From the NCBI GenBank assembly GCA_947259275.1, contig CAMYMH010000011.1, positions 481-64,480 of the forward strand: a DNA stretch of 64,000 nucleotides, read 5' to 3'. Shown piece by piece: positions 17,658 to 27,487 of this stretch. Source of the DNA: an uncultured Acidimicrobiaceae bacterium (GTDB lineage: Bacteria > Actinomycetota > Acidimicrobiia > Spongiisociales > SHLN01). Made by a program: the position numbers and the translations under genes. The first letter of the stretch is position 1; each line of letters begins with the position of its first letter. A model generated the notes under the pieces. The model made no database searches. It was not told the origin of the DNA and saw only the letters and a program-made list of their open reading frames with translations.

Positions 17658-20386
17658 CGACGGTTCCTTCCCGCCCGGCCGGCGAAGCGGCGGCGCATGC
17701 TCTTCTCGAGCTCGACTGCCCACAAGGCGCCGGTGGACGCCACGAGGACGATTCCGAGTTCCATGAAGGTGAGGCTCTCGATGCTGAGGAGTTCCTGAGT
17801 GGCCGGCCAGTACATAACGGCCAGCTGCAGCGCCATGGTCCCGGCGACGGCCAGAAGCAGAGGACGGTTGGAGCCGACACCGAGAGTGCGAAGCGAGTCG
17901 ATGTCGGAACGGACGGCGAGGGCGTGGCCCAGTTGGAGTAGAGCCAACGATGCGAACACCATCGTCTGCCACGGGCGGCCGGTGGCGTTTCCCCAGAGTC
18001 CCAGTCCGAGCGGGATGAGGCCCATCAGCAGCCCGACCACGACCACATGCTGCCAAAGGCCGCGAGCAAACACGCTCTCGGTGGGCGGACGGGGCGGCCG
18101 CTTCATGACGTCGCGTTCGGCGGGTTCGACACCGAGAGCGAGGCCGGGCAGGCCGTCCGTGACGAGGTTGATCCACAGGATGTGGACGGGAAGCAACGGC
18201 AAGGGGAGACCCACGAACGGCCCCAGGAACATGACCCAGATCTCCCCTGAATTGGACGTGAGTGTGTAGCGGACGAAGCGACGGATGTTGTCGTAAATGC
18301 GTCGGCCTTCCCCGACGGCGGTGACGATCGTGGCGAAGTTGTCGTCGGTGAGCACCATGTCGGCGGCTTCTTTGGCGACCTCCGTGCCGGCGACTCCCAT
18401 GGCGACGCCAATGTCGGCGGTTCGTAACGCCGGCGCATCGTTCACGCCATCTCCGGTCATGGCAACGATGTCGCCCCGGGCTTTCCAGGCTTGGACGATA
18501 TCGAGCTTCTGCTCTGGGGACGTGCGGGCGTAGACCGCAATCCGGTCGACGTGGCTGGCCAGGCCCTCGGCATGCTCCTCGGCCAAAGCGGTACCGGTCA
18601 TAATCTGCTTGCCGTCGAGGATGCCCAGCCGGGTGGCGATTGCCTGGCCCGTGGCCGGATGGTCGCCGGTGATCAGGACCGGCGTGATCCCGGCGGCGCG
18701 GCAGGAAGACACCGCGAGTGCGGATTCAGGCCGGGCTGGGTCGGCCATGGCAGCGAGCCCGTAGAGGGTGAGATCTCGTTCGGCCGCGACCAGGTCGTCG
18801 AGCTGACCGTCGGTGATCACACGTCCCGCGATGGCGAGCACCCGATAACCGCCGGCTGCATAGGTCGTGGCTTGCTCGACGAAGCGGGCGCGAACGGCTT
18901 CGGACAAGTCGTAGTCACCGCCAGAGGCAGCGACGGTGCTGGTTGTCTCGAGTACCGCTTCGATCGCACCCTTGGTGGCGATGAGCGCGGAAGCGCCGTC
19001 TCGGCTCCGGTGGAAGGTCGTCATGGCCTTCCGGTCGGAGTCGAAGGCAATCTCAGCGATGCGGGGGAACTGGTCGCAGAGGGTATCGGGCTCGAAGCCG
19101 GCCTTCGCCGCCAGAGTGAGCAACGCTCCTTCGGTAGGGTCACCTACGATCGACCACTCCCCGTCTGCTTCGGTGGGTGCGATGAGCGCGGCGTCGTTAC
19201 ACAGTCCCGCACCGGTGAGGAGCCGGGCAACCGGGCTGCCTGCGGCTACGTCAACCGACTGCCCACCGACGGTGAGGTCTCCCGCCGGTTCGTATCCCCA
19301 GCCGGCTATTTCGACCTCACCGTCGAGCGTCCACAACCGTTCGACCAGCATCGCCCCTTGGGTCAACGTGCCGGTCTTGTCGCTGCAGATGACGGTGACC
19401 GACCCGAGCGTCTCGACCGCCGGGAGCTTGCGGATCAGCGCGTGGTTATGGACCATGCGCTGTGCGCCGAGTGCGAGCGCGATCGTCACCACGGCGGGGA
19501 GAGCCTCGGGGATGGCAGCTACAGCCAGGCTCACTGCTGTGAGGAACATCAGGTTCACGTCCTCTCCACGCAGCACCCCGACCGTGAACACGACGATGCA
19601 GACCCCGATCGCGGCGGCGGCGAGGCGTCTGCCGAGAACTGCCAGTCGTCGCTGCAGTGGGGTACGCGGCGCCTGGTGGGACTTGAGCAGTCCGGCGATT
19701 CGCCCCAACGCGGTGCGCATGCCGGTGACGACCACCACGGCGCGGGCGCGGCCGTAGACGACCGCGGTGCCTTTGAACACCATGTTGCGTCGATCACCGA
19801 TCAGTTCGCCGACGTCTTCGGGAAGCGACTCGGTTGTCTTGTCGACCGGGACGGATTCGCCGGTGAGGGCAGCTTCGTTGACCCGCAAGTTGGGGCATTC
19901 GACAAGTCGGGCATCGGCGGGGACCACAGTGCCGGCCTCGAGAATGATCATGTCACCGGGTACTAGCTCAACCGCGGAGAGGGTCGATTCGACTCCTCCC
20001 CTCACCGCCCGCGCGTTCGGGGCTGTCATGGTTCGCAAGGCGGCCATCGCCTGCTCAGCTCGGTGTTCCTGTACGAACCCGATTGCTGCGTTGAGTACCA
20101 CGATGGCGCCGATCACGAAGGCGTCTTTGAGGTCGCCGATTACCACCGTTACACCGGCCGCGATGAGCAACACGACGATCATGGTGTTGGCGAACTGTGC
20201 CCCGAAGATGAGCAGCGGAGCCCGGACCGGTTCTTCCGCGAGCTCGTTGGGACCTGACTCGACCAACCGTCTGCGGGCTTCGGCGTTGGAGAGCCCCTGG
20301 GTGATGTCGGTGCCGAGTTCACCGACCACCTGGTCGGCATCTTGAGTCCACCAGGCTTCCTCTCGAGTCGATACGGTGCTCGTCAT
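17654..20386 (-). CDS. Cation-translocating P-type ATPase (type II, CtpF/PacL-like)
   Basis: 'TGES', 'IPEALP', 'DKTGTLT', 'TGDH', '[12 protein letters not shown]'. Confidence 0.96.
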   Translation of the reverse strand: MTSTVSTREEAWWTQDADQVVGELGTDITQGLSNAEARRRLVESGPNELAEEPVRAPLLIFGAQFANTMIVVLLIAAGVTVVIGDLKDAFVIGAIVVLNAAIGFVQEHRAEQAMAALRTMTAPNARAVRGGVESTLSAVELVPGDMIILEAGTVVPADARLVECPNLRVNEAALTGESVPVDKTTESLPEDVGELIGDRRNMVFKGTAVVYGRARAVVVVTGMRTALGRIAGLLKSHQAPRTPLQRRLAVLGRRLAAAAIGVCIVVFTVGVLRGEDVNLMFLTAVSLAVAAIPEALPAVVTIALALGAQRMVHNHALIRKLPAVETLGSVTVICSDKTGTLTQGAMLVERLWTLDGEVEIAGWGYEPAGDLTVGGQSVDVAAGSPVARLLTGAGLCNDAALIAPTEADGEWSIVGDPTEGALLTLAAKAGFEPDTLCDQFPRIAEIAFDSDRKAMTTFHRSRDGASALIATKGAIEAVLETTSTVAASGGDYDLSEAVRARFVEQATTYAAGGYRVLAIAGRVITDGQLDDLVAAERDLTLYGLAAMADPARPESALAVSSCRAAGITPVLITGDHPATGQAIATRLGILDGKQIMTGTALAEEHAEGLASHVDRIAVYARTSPEQKLDIVQAWKARGDIVAMTGDGVNDAPALRTADIGVAMGVAGTEVAKEAADMVLTDDNFATIVTAVGEGRRIYDNIRRFVRYTLTSNSGEIWVMFLGPFVGLPLPLLPVHILWINLVTDGLPGLALGVEPAERDVMKRPPRPPTESVFARGLWQHVVVVGLLMGLIPLGLGLWGNATGRPWQTMVFASLALLQLGHALAVRSDIDSLRTLGVGSNRPLLLAVAGTMALQLAVMYWPATQELLSIESLTFMELGIVLVASTGALWAVELEKSMRRRFAGRAGRNRR

Positions 20387-20589
20387 AGCAACTCGGTGAA
20401 CCTGGCAGCCTCGCTGGCGGTCAAGTCGACGAACGACGCCGTCAGGTCCGGCTTGGGATGGCTGATCGCATCTGCGGCCTCAATGCGCAAGGCATCGGCA
20501 GACCGCGCCACCGACTCTCGGCGGGCCGGCGAAAGGTCAACGAGGCTGGTGAGGGTATTCGGTGCGAAACGGGCAGTTGTAGCGACCAT
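20383..20589 (-). CDS. Small hypothetical protein (68 aa)
   Basis: Stop overlaps the ATPase ATG (ATGA); no recognisable motif. Confidence 0.3.
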   Translation of the reverse strand: MVATTARFAPNTLTSLVDLSPARRESVARSADALRIEAADAISHPKPDLTASFVDLTASEAARFTELL

Positions 20590-20597
20590 TGGTCCTA
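20580..20597. promoter_or_regulatory. Candidate DosR/DevR box
   Basis: Near-palindrome TAGCGACCATTGGTCCTA resembling the mycobacterial DosR consensus TSGGGACTWWAGTCCCSA, upstream of the ATPase-USP unit. Confidence 0.35.
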
Positions 20598-20873
20598 CTG
20601 AGAACGTCGACTTTCACGGTCACCTTGTCGTGAAGGTCTCTCCCGCCCCAGGAGGGGCCAGCGCCGCCGGGCCTGACGGCCGTATTGACGACTGCGCTCG
20701 TTTGAGGATACTCCCCTATCACTACCAAGGATATCACGACAATTAGCCCTGGCGGCTCCAGATTCCGCGAGCGAGGTCTCGATGCCAGCGGACGATTCCA
20801 ACGAGAAGACCATCGGCGACGACCACTGCCGCGGCTGTGTCGCGGACGCCCGTCGAAGGCGTAGGCTGCGGCG

Positions 20874-21257
20874 ATGGACAATGAGCGATCGGTCGACGTA
20901 CCACTGATGATCGCGGCCACCATCGACTGCGCTGATCTGGCCAGCATGACCCGGTTCTGGGGGCAACTGCTCGATGTCGAGTTCACCACCGTCGAGCAGT
21001 TCGGGTTTCTGGCGCATGCCTCCGACCGGAAAGTCACCATCTGGCTCCAGCAAGTACCCGAAGAGAAGGCCGGTAAGAACCGGGTGCACCTGGATTTCGT
21101 CGTGGCCGACCTCGACGCCGCCCTCGAGCGAGTTCGGTCACTGGGGGGAGGTGTCGGAGACCGGCAGCAGTGGCATGACTTCGAGTGGAACACCTGCACC
21201 GATCCCGAGGGCAACGTCTTCGACATCATGCAGGCGCAGCAAACCGCCGGCCAATAA
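20874..21257 (+). CDS. VOC/glyoxalase-like protein
   Basis: 'TIDCAD', 'KNRVHLDF', 'DPEGNVFD'. Confidence 0.92.
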   Translation: MDNERSVDVPLMIAATIDCADLASMTRFWGQLLDVEFTTVEQFGFLAHASDRKVTIWLQQVPEEKAGKNRVHLDFVVADLDAALERVRSLGGGVGDRQQWHDFEWNTCTDPEGNVFDIMQAQQTAGQ

Positions 21258-21302
21258 GGCCTATTCAGCAATCGATGTCGATTGGCCCCGGGGCAACTCG
21301 TC

Positions 21303-21764
21303 TTAGAGCCGGCCCGGGCGAGTGCGCGGGGTGAATCCGGCGCCGGATGATCTTCCGCTCATCTCCTCGATGGGGATCTTGATCACCACCTCCTTGGGAG
21401 CGAGTGGGGTGGGACGGGAGAAGGCGAGCGCCGAGCCGAACACGTTTCGGTACTTGACCAGCAGCAATCCGATAGCGTCGGCTTCCTCGCCCGAATCTTC
21501 GACCACCTTCGGCGTTCCCCACACCAGGACGCTCTCCCAGTCGCCTTGCTCGTTTGAGTACCGGCTCACCTCGATGCAACAGCGACCGCCCTCGAAAAGA
21601 GCCGACATGCGTCGACCGGGGCCGGTACGGATGTAGATGGCGTCGTTCATGTGAACGAATGAGATAGGTGTGACGTAGGGCTCCTCGCCTGCGATGACGG
21701 CGAGGTGGCCAACCGGCTCCTCGGCAAGCAGGCGATGGCACTGGGCGTTGGTGATCGGTTCCAC
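21303..21764 (-). CDS. Pyridoxamine 5'-phosphate oxidase family (NimA-like flavin-binding) protein
   Basis: 'CHRLL....VGHLA', 'PYVTPISF', 'WESVLVWG'. Confidence 0.88.
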   Translation of the reverse strand: MEPITNAQCHRLLAEEPVGHLAVIAGEEPYVTPISFVHMNDAIYIRTGPGRRMSALFEGGRCCIEVSRYSNEQGDWESVLVWGTPKVVEDSGEEADAIGLLLVKYRNVFGSALAFSRPTPLAPKEVVIKIPIEEMSGRSSGAGFTPRTRPGRL

Positions 21765-21922
21765 AATCCAAGATTGCTAGACGAAGTAACGCTGAGCCTA
21801 GGGGATTAGGGCATTACTTCTTTTCGATTTCTCCGCCGCGTTCTCAGCACCTTTGCGTCAATGGCGGAGAAATGCGAGTGCTGCCGCCGGACGGCTAGCT
21901 GATCGACGGCCGGCGCCGCCGG

Positions 21923-22110
21923 CGCCAGGCCTAGGGAAACCACTCTTTCTTGGGAGGTTGCAGTTGCGTAGCAACTGCCAAGCTGCCCGTAGAGCAGCCG
22001 CCAGGCTTAGGCAAACCACTCTTTCTTGGGAGGTTGCAGTTGCGTAGCAACTGCCAAGCTGCCCGTAGAGCAGCCGCCAGGCCTAGGCAAACCACTCTTT
22101 GTTGGGAGGT
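21923..22110. repeat. 76-bp tandem direct repeat (about 2.5 copies) with an internal palindrome
   Basis: Units start at 21923, 21999 and 22075; each full unit contains GCAGTTGCGTAGCAACTGC and CTGCCCGTAGAGCAG. Confidence 0.95.
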
Positions 22111-22122
22111 AGGGGGTTCTCT

Positions 22123-22150
22123 CAGCTGGTAGCTGGTAGCCGGCAGCTGG
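22123..22150. repeat. Heptamer array (YAGCTGG)x4
   Basis: cagctgg tagctgg tagccgg cagctgg, upstream of the PAC2 gene. Confidence 0.8.
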
Positions 22151-22199
22151 TGCGGGCTACGGCCAGCGCTAGGCGGTCGGCTCTTGGTACTCTGAACTC

Positions 22200-23048
22200 A
22201 TGGATCCTGTCCTTCGCCTGTCCGAGCCCGACCTTCACAAGCCGGTTGCACTGGTGGCGTTCGAGGGCTGGAACGATGCGAGCGACGCCGCCTCGGGAAC
22301 CATCGCCTACATCATCGGTCAGTTCGACGCCGAGCCCTTCCTGATCATCGACCCGGAGGAATTCATCGATTTCCACGAGACCCGGCCCATCATCAAAGTG
22401 GAAGATGGCGCCACCGAGGAGCTCGCCTGGCCCGCCACCCGGATGTATGGAGTCCATCTCGACGAGGGAGAGCACGACCTCGTCCTGGTCCTCGGAGACG
22501 AGCCGCAGCTGCGCTGGCAAACCTATGGTGGCCTCCTCATCGACGAGCTCCGCCGGATCGGCGTCGAGCAGGTTGTGCTGTTGGGAGCGTTTCTCGGCCA
22601 GGTACCACACACTGCGCCCGTGCCGGTCATCGGGACTGCGGCATCGGCCGACGAGCTGATTGCGCTCGGACTGGCCGGGGCCAACTACACGGGCCCGACC
22701 GGGATCGTCGGGGTGCTGTCTCACCTGTTCCGTGAGGAGGGCCTGTCAACTCTCAGCCTGTGGGCTGCCACTTCTCATTACCTCGGCACCAACCCGAACC
22801 CGAAAGCCATGCTGGCGCTCCTGGAGCGGGCGGCCAGGATCCTCGACATTTCGGTCGACGCCACCGAGCTCGCCGAAGAAGCCGGCGAATTCGAGTCCCG
22901 CGTGGACGCAGCCATGGCGGCATCGGAGGAGTTTTCGGAGTACGTGCGGCGCCTCGAATCGTTGGCCGGCGAGGCCGCTACCGAGTTCAGCCGCTCGGAT
23001 GCCGCCGAGCTGATCACCGAGGTCGAGGACTTCCTGAAGGGGAACTGA
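22200..23048 (+). CDS. PAC2 family (proteasome assembly chaperone-like) protein
   Basis: 'AFEGWNDASDAAS', 'IDPEEFIDF', 'EPQLRW', 'YTGPTGIVGVL', 'PNPKA'. Confidence 0.92.
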   Translation: MDPVLRLSEPDLHKPVALVAFEGWNDASDAASGTIAYIIGQFDAEPFLIIDPEEFIDFHETRPIIKVEDGATEELAWPATRMYGVHLDEGEHDLVLVLGDEPQLRWQTYGGLLIDELRRIGVEQVVLLGAFLGQVPHTAPVPVIGTAASADELIALGLAGANYTGPTGIVGVLSHLFREEGLSTLSLWAATSHYLGTNPNPKAMLALLERAARILDISVDATELAEEAGEFESRVDAAMAASEEFSEYVRRLESLAGEAATEFSRSDAAELITEVEDFLKGN

Positions 23049-23066
23049 ACCGGGCCCGCGGCGGGG

Positions 23067-25253
23067 CTATCGCCCGAAGCGCTTGAGCCGGACGCTGTTG
23101 GCCACAACGCTCACGCTCGAGAAAGCCATGGCGAGTGCGGCGACGCTCGGGTCGAGTTGGCCGAGCGCTGCCAGCGGAATTGCCGCCGCGTTGTAGAAGA
23201 ACGCCCAGAACAGGTTCTGGCTGATGGTGCGGTGCGTGCGGCGGGCGAGGTGCACGGCGGTGACGACCAGCTTGGGGTCACCAGACAGCAACACCACATC
23301 GCCCGCTTCAATCGCGATGTCGGTGCCGGAACCGACCGCCAATCCGAGATCTGCCTGAGTTAGAGCAGGGGCATCGTTCACTCCATCGCCCACGAAGGCA
23401 ACGATCTCTCCTTTTTGCTGGAGGGCTTCGACGGCGGCAGCCTTCTCGGCCGGCCTCACCTGGTCGAGGACCCGTTGGATACCGACCTCTTCGGCCACCG
23501 CGTTGGCGGTCACCGGGTTGTCGCCGGTCACCATCACCAGGTCGATGTCCATCTCGGCCAGTTCACGGATGGCAGCCCGGACCTCGGGTCGCGGGGCATC
23601 CACAACCGCCACGATTCCCCGGACTGCTCCGTTCCAGGCGGCGGCAAAGACGGTGCGCCCTTTACTTTCCATCTCGCTCACCCGTGCGCGAACTTCCGGG
23701 GCCAACTCCAGATCAGCCGATGCCATCAAGGCGGTGCTCCCAACGATCAACCCGGTCTGGTCGACCGTGCCGCGGATGCCGCCGCCCGGAAGCTCTTCAA
23801 CCTCGGACGGAGTGGTCAGCTCGAGACCCTTCTCCTCGGCGGCCAGGGTGAGCGCCCGAGCCACCGGATGTCCGCTCGCCGACTCCAGCGAGGCGACGAG
23901 GGTCAGGAAGCGGTCGGAATCGACGGTGGTCTCCAGCGCATCGAGCGTCATGCGGCCGCTGGTGATGGTCCCGGTCTTGTCGAAGGCAATGGTGTCGACG
24001 GTCCGGGTCCGCTCGAACACCTCGGCCGTCTTGAACAGAATCCCGAGTTCAGCCCCTCGACCAGAGCCGGCCATGATGGCCGTCGGTGTCGCCAGCCCGA
24101 GCGCGCACGGACAGGCGATGATGAGCACTGCCACCGCGTTGCGCCACGCGGTCTCAACCTCACCGCTCACCGCCAGCCACACCAGGCCGGTGCCGACGGC
24201 CACCAGGATCACGATGGGGACGAACACCGACGACACCCGATCGGCGAGACGCTGGGCGGGTGCTTTGCTGGCTTGGGCGGCCTCTACCATGCGCGCGATC
24301 TGGGCGAGGGCAGTGTCTGAACCCACGGCGGTTGCCTCGACAATCACCCGCCCCTGATGATTGACGGTCGCCCCGTACACGATGTCGTCGGGGCCTTTGT
24401 CGACCGGCAGTGATTCGCCGGTCAGGAGGCTCTCGTTGAAGGACGACCTCCCGGCGTTGATACGCCCGTCGGTGGGGACTTTCTCGCCGGGGTTCACGAC
24501 CATCAGGTCGCCGGGGCGGACGGTGTCGGCCGGCACCCGGGTTTCCACGCCGTTGCGCAGGATGCGGGCCTCTTTGGCCCCCAGCTCCAGCAGCCTGCTA
24601 ATTGCCTGGGAGGCGCTTCCCTTGGCACGGGCTTCGAAGAACCTGCCGAGCAGGATGAAGGTGATGATGAGCGCCGCAGTCTCGAAGAAGACCTTCTCCC
24701 TGGCGAATACCGCCCACACCGAGTACCCGTAGGCCGCCAGGGTGCCCATGGAGACCAGCGTGTCCATGCTGGTGCCGAAGGAACGGAGTCTCAGCAGGGC
24801 ATTGCGGTGGAACTGCCATCCGAAGACAAATACCACCGGAGTGGCCAGCACCCACATGGCCACCTTGGCACCGTTGCCGTCGTCCCCCAGCAGCATTATG
24901 AGGATCAGTGGGATGGTGAAGGCCGCGGCCCAGGCAAGATTCCGCCTTTGGAAAAGAAATTCGCGCTCATAACGATGGGTTGGGGTTTCGCGAGCCTCGT
25001 CCGGAGTGATCTCGGTGAGGTGGTAGCCGAGTTTCTCGATGGCAGCGGTGAGCGTGCCGACGTTGGACCCGGGGTCGAGTTGGACCACTGCCTCCGCACC
25101 GGCGTAGTTGACCACCGCGGACTCAACCCCCGCTTGCTTGCCGAGGACGCGCTCGATGCGCACTGCACACGATGCACAGGTCATGCCGTCGACCTCGAAG
25201 GAGACTGCGACCGGCTCGGTCGGTGTTTCTACTCCAGCGGGAGTTTCGATCAT
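23067..25253 (-). CDS. copA: Copper-translocating P1B-type ATPase
   Basis: HMA 'GMTCASC', '[10 protein letters not shown]', 'DKTGT', 'GHP', 'YN...P' and 'MAFSS'. Confidence 0.94.
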   Translation of the reverse strand: MIETPAGVETPTEPVAVSFEVDGMTCASCAVRIERVLGKQAGVESAVVNYAGAEAVVQLDPGSNVGTLTAAIEKLGYHLTEITPDEARETPTHRYEREFLFQRRNLAWAAAFTIPLILIMLLGDDGNGAKVAMWVLATPVVFVFGWQFHRNALLRLRSFGTSMDTLVSMGTLAAYGYSVWAVFAREKVFFETAALIITFILLGRFFEARAKGSASQAISRLLELGAKEARILRNGVETRVPADTVRPGDLMVVNPGEKVPTDGRINAGRSSFNESLLTGESLPVDKGPDDIVYGATVNHQGRVIVEATAVGSDTALAQIARMVEAAQASKAPAQRLADRVSSVFVPIVILVAVGTGLVWLAVSGEVETAWRNAVAVLIIACPCALGLATPTAIMAGSGRGAELGILFKTAEVFERTRTVDTIAFDKTGTITSGRMTLDALETTVDSDRFLTLVASLESASGHPVARALTLAAEEKGLELTTPSEVEELPGGGIRGTVDQTGLIVGSTALMASADLELAPEVRARVSEMESKGRTVFAAAWNGAVRGIVAVVDAPRPEVRAAIRELAEMDIDLVMVTGDNPVTANAVAEEVGIQRVLDQVRPAEKAAAVEALQQKGEIVAFVGDGVNDAPALTQADLGLAVGSGTDIAIEAGDVVLLSGDPKLVVTAVHLARRTHRTISQNLFWAFFYNAAAIPLAALGQLDPSVAALAMAFSSVSVVANSVRLKRFGR

Positions 25254-25459
25254 TGGGCTACTTCGTAGCCCTGCTCCTCGATGGCCGAGACGATCTGCTC
25301 GAGATCAACCTTTTCGGCCTCGTAGGTGACGGTGACCGTCTTGCCCGGAATGTCCACGGAAGAGTTGTCGACGCCGTTCAGGTCGCCGGTGGCTCCTTCA
25401 ATCGACATCTTGCAGTGGTCGCAGGAGATATCGGGAACTGAGATTGTTTTGGTTTCCAT
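25250..25459 (-). CDS. copZ: Copper chaperone
   Basis: 69-aa HMA domain 'ISCDHC', 'AIEEQGY'; coupled to copA. Confidence 0.92.
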   Translation of the reverse strand: METKTISVPDISCDHCKMSIEGATGDLNGVDNSSVDIPGKTVTVTYEAEKVDLEQIVSAIEEQGYEVAQ

Positions 25460-25518
25460 GTCTGAGATGATATCCCCGTCCCGGTCGTTCCTATTCCCGC
25501 TTCGTAGACTCGCCGAGT

Positions 25519-26478
25519 ATGGATATCCGGCCCAGTATCCTCGATACGATCGGAAACACGCCGCTGGTTCGGCTTGCCCGGCTTCATCCGCACGGCAACC
25601 TGGTGGCCAAGATCGAGTACGTGAACCCGGGCGGATCGATCAAAGACCGGATCGGCCTCATAATGATCGAGGCCGCCGAGCGGGACGGATCGCTGCAGCC
25701 GGGGGGAACGATCGTCGAGCCGACCAGCGGCAACACGGGTGTCGGTTTGGCCATCGCGGCAGCCATCAAGGGTTACCGGCTGGTGTGCGTGATGCCGGAC
25801 AAGATGTCACTCGAGAAGATCAACGGCTTGCGGGCCTACGGGGCAGAAGTGCACGTGACCCCGACCGATGTCGAGCCCGAAGACCCGCGGTCCTACTACT
25901 CGGTGGCGGCCCGGCTGGTCGAAGAGATTCCCGGGGCGTTCAGCCCCGACCAGTATTCCAACCCGGCCAACCCCGCCGCTCACTACCAAACCACCGGTCC
26001 CGAGATTTGGGACCAGACCGATGGCAGCATCGATGTGCTGGTACTCGGGGTGGGGACCGGGGGCACGGCGACGGGCACAGCGCAGTACCTGAAGGAGCAG
26101 GACCCGAGTGTCCAGGTGGTCGGGGTCGATCCGATCGGTTCCATTTACACCGCTCAGTCGGATGATGAGGTTCACACGTACCTGACGGAGGGGGTTGGCG
26201 AGGATTTCTGGCCGGAGACGTTCGATCCAACTCTGGTCGACCGCTTCATCCAGGTGTCCGATGCGGACGCCTATGGCATGGCCCGTCGCCTGGCCACCAC
26301 CGAAGGGATTCTGGTGGGGTCTTCGGGCGGCATGGCAGTGGTCGGTGCGCTGCAAGCTGCTTCCGAGTCTCCCGACGCGCTGGTGGTGGTGATTCTTCCC
26401 GATTCGGGCCGGAGCTATGTCTCCAAGGTGTTCAGCGACGAGTGGATGATCGAACACGGGTTCTTGGAGGCCAAGTGA
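25519..26478 (+). CDS. PLP-dependent cysteine synthase family protein (cystathionine beta-synthase-like, no CBS domains)
   Basis: 'IGNTPLV', 'NPGGSIKDR', 'EPTSGNTG', 'GVGTGGT', 'PDSGRSYVSK'. Confidence 0.92.
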   Translation: MDIRPSILDTIGNTPLVRLARLHPHGNLVAKIEYVNPGGSIKDRIGLIMIEAAERDGSLQPGGTIVEPTSGNTGVGLAIAAAIKGYRLVCVMPDKMSLEKINGLRAYGAEVHVTPTDVEPEDPRSYYSVAARLVEEIPGAFSPDQYSNPANPAAHYQTTGPEIWDQTDGSIDVLVLGVGTGGTATGTAQYLKEQDPSVQVVGVDPIGSIYTAQSDDEVHTYLTEGVGEDFWPETFDPTLVDRFIQVSDADAYGMARRLATTEGILVGSSGGMAVVGALQAASESPDALVVVILPDSGRSYVSKVFSDEWMIEHGFLEAK

Positions 26479-26546
26479 AGGAACCCGACCAAACGCTCTC
26501 CGATTAATCCAGACCAAGCGGAGCCACCTCCGTATTCTGTCGTGCC

Positions 26547-27011
26547 ATGAGCGGGTTCGTACAGCGCGGTGGCATCTGGGTGGCGGCGCAGTTCGTCCTC
26601 ATCGTCGGCATCGTCGGGATCGGTCGGCTCGATGTTGCCGCGTTCTCATTCGGCGGCCGCCGCTTCTTGGCATGGTCACTCATCGGTCTCGCCCTCGTGA
26701 TGGGCGTCGCCGCTTCAATGTCCCTGGGTGGCAGCCTCACTCCGTACCCGAAGCCGTTGGCATCCGGCACGATGGTCGAGCACGGCCTCTACCGGGTGGT
26801 GCGCCATCCCATCTACACCGCCGTCATCATTGGCATGGTGGGGATTGCGGTCCGGAGCGGAGAGTGGTTGAGCCTGGGGTTGGCGCTCGGGCTGGTGCCG
26901 TTCTTCTATGCCAAAAGCACCTTTGAGGAGCGCCACCTGGCCGAGCAATACGACGGGTACCGGGAGTATCAGTTGCGCGTCACCAAGCGGTTGCTTCCCG
27001 GAGTTCTCTAG
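26547..27011 (+). CDS. Isoprenylcysteine carboxylmethyltransferase family membrane protein
   Basis: 'GLYRVVRHPIY', 'EERHL', 'YREYQ'. Confidence 0.9.
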   Translation: MSGFVQRGGIWVAAQFVLIVGIVGIGRLDVAAFSFGGRRFLAWSLIGLALVMGVAASMSLGGSLTPYPKPLASGTMVEHGLYRVVRHPIYTAVIIGMVGIAVRSGEWLSLGLALGLVPFFYAKSTFEERHLAEQYDGYREYQLRVTKRLLPGVL

Positions 27012-27023
27012 GGGCGGGAGCGT

Positions 27024-27410
27024 TCAATGGGCGACGATCGTCTCCACCTCGATGACGTAGATGACGCGCACCATCCCGGGCGTTCCCCATGGATAGTCGG
27101 ATCCGAGGTATTTGTTGGCGAGCGCGTCGATGTGGGCGTCCGCCCCGTCATGTTGTTTTTCGATCACCCGCCCCTGGATGGCGTACGCCTCGTACGGATC
27201 GTCGGCGTTGTAGATGGACACCGCCACCCTGGGGTCTCGATCCAGGTTGCGTGGCTTCGTCCGGCCTTCCGCAGTGTTGAACCGAATCAGGTCGCCGTCA
27301 CGGTCGACCCACATGGTGGTGGCCTGGGGCGAGCCATCGGGCATCACGGTTGCCAGCGTGGCGAAGTTCTTGCCGTCGAGCAGCGCTTTGAGCCCGTCGG
27401 GTAATTCCAT
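27024..27410 (-). CDS. PPOX class F420-dependent oxidoreductase
   Basis: 'FATLATVMPDGSPQ', 'K.RNLDRDPRVAVS', 'HIDALANKYLG'; RBS AGGAG before the ATG at 27410. Confidence 0.92.
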   Translation of the reverse strand: MELPDGLKALLDGKNFATLATVMPDGSPQATTMWVDRDGDLIRFNTAEGRTKPRNLDRDPRVAVSIYNADDPYEAYAIQGRVIEKQHDGADAHIDALANKYLGSDYPWGTPGMVRVIYVIEVETIVAH

Positions 27411-27487
27411 GAATGTCTCCTGTTGGTAGCGAGTAGCCGTGACGATAGGTGCGTCGCGGTCGCTGAGGCCATCGACCGGGCGACTAC

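Noticed and set aside
21923-22110. Possible CRISPR array
   Set aside because: The units repeat end to end with no unique spacers, there are only 2.5 copies, and no cas genes are in the window
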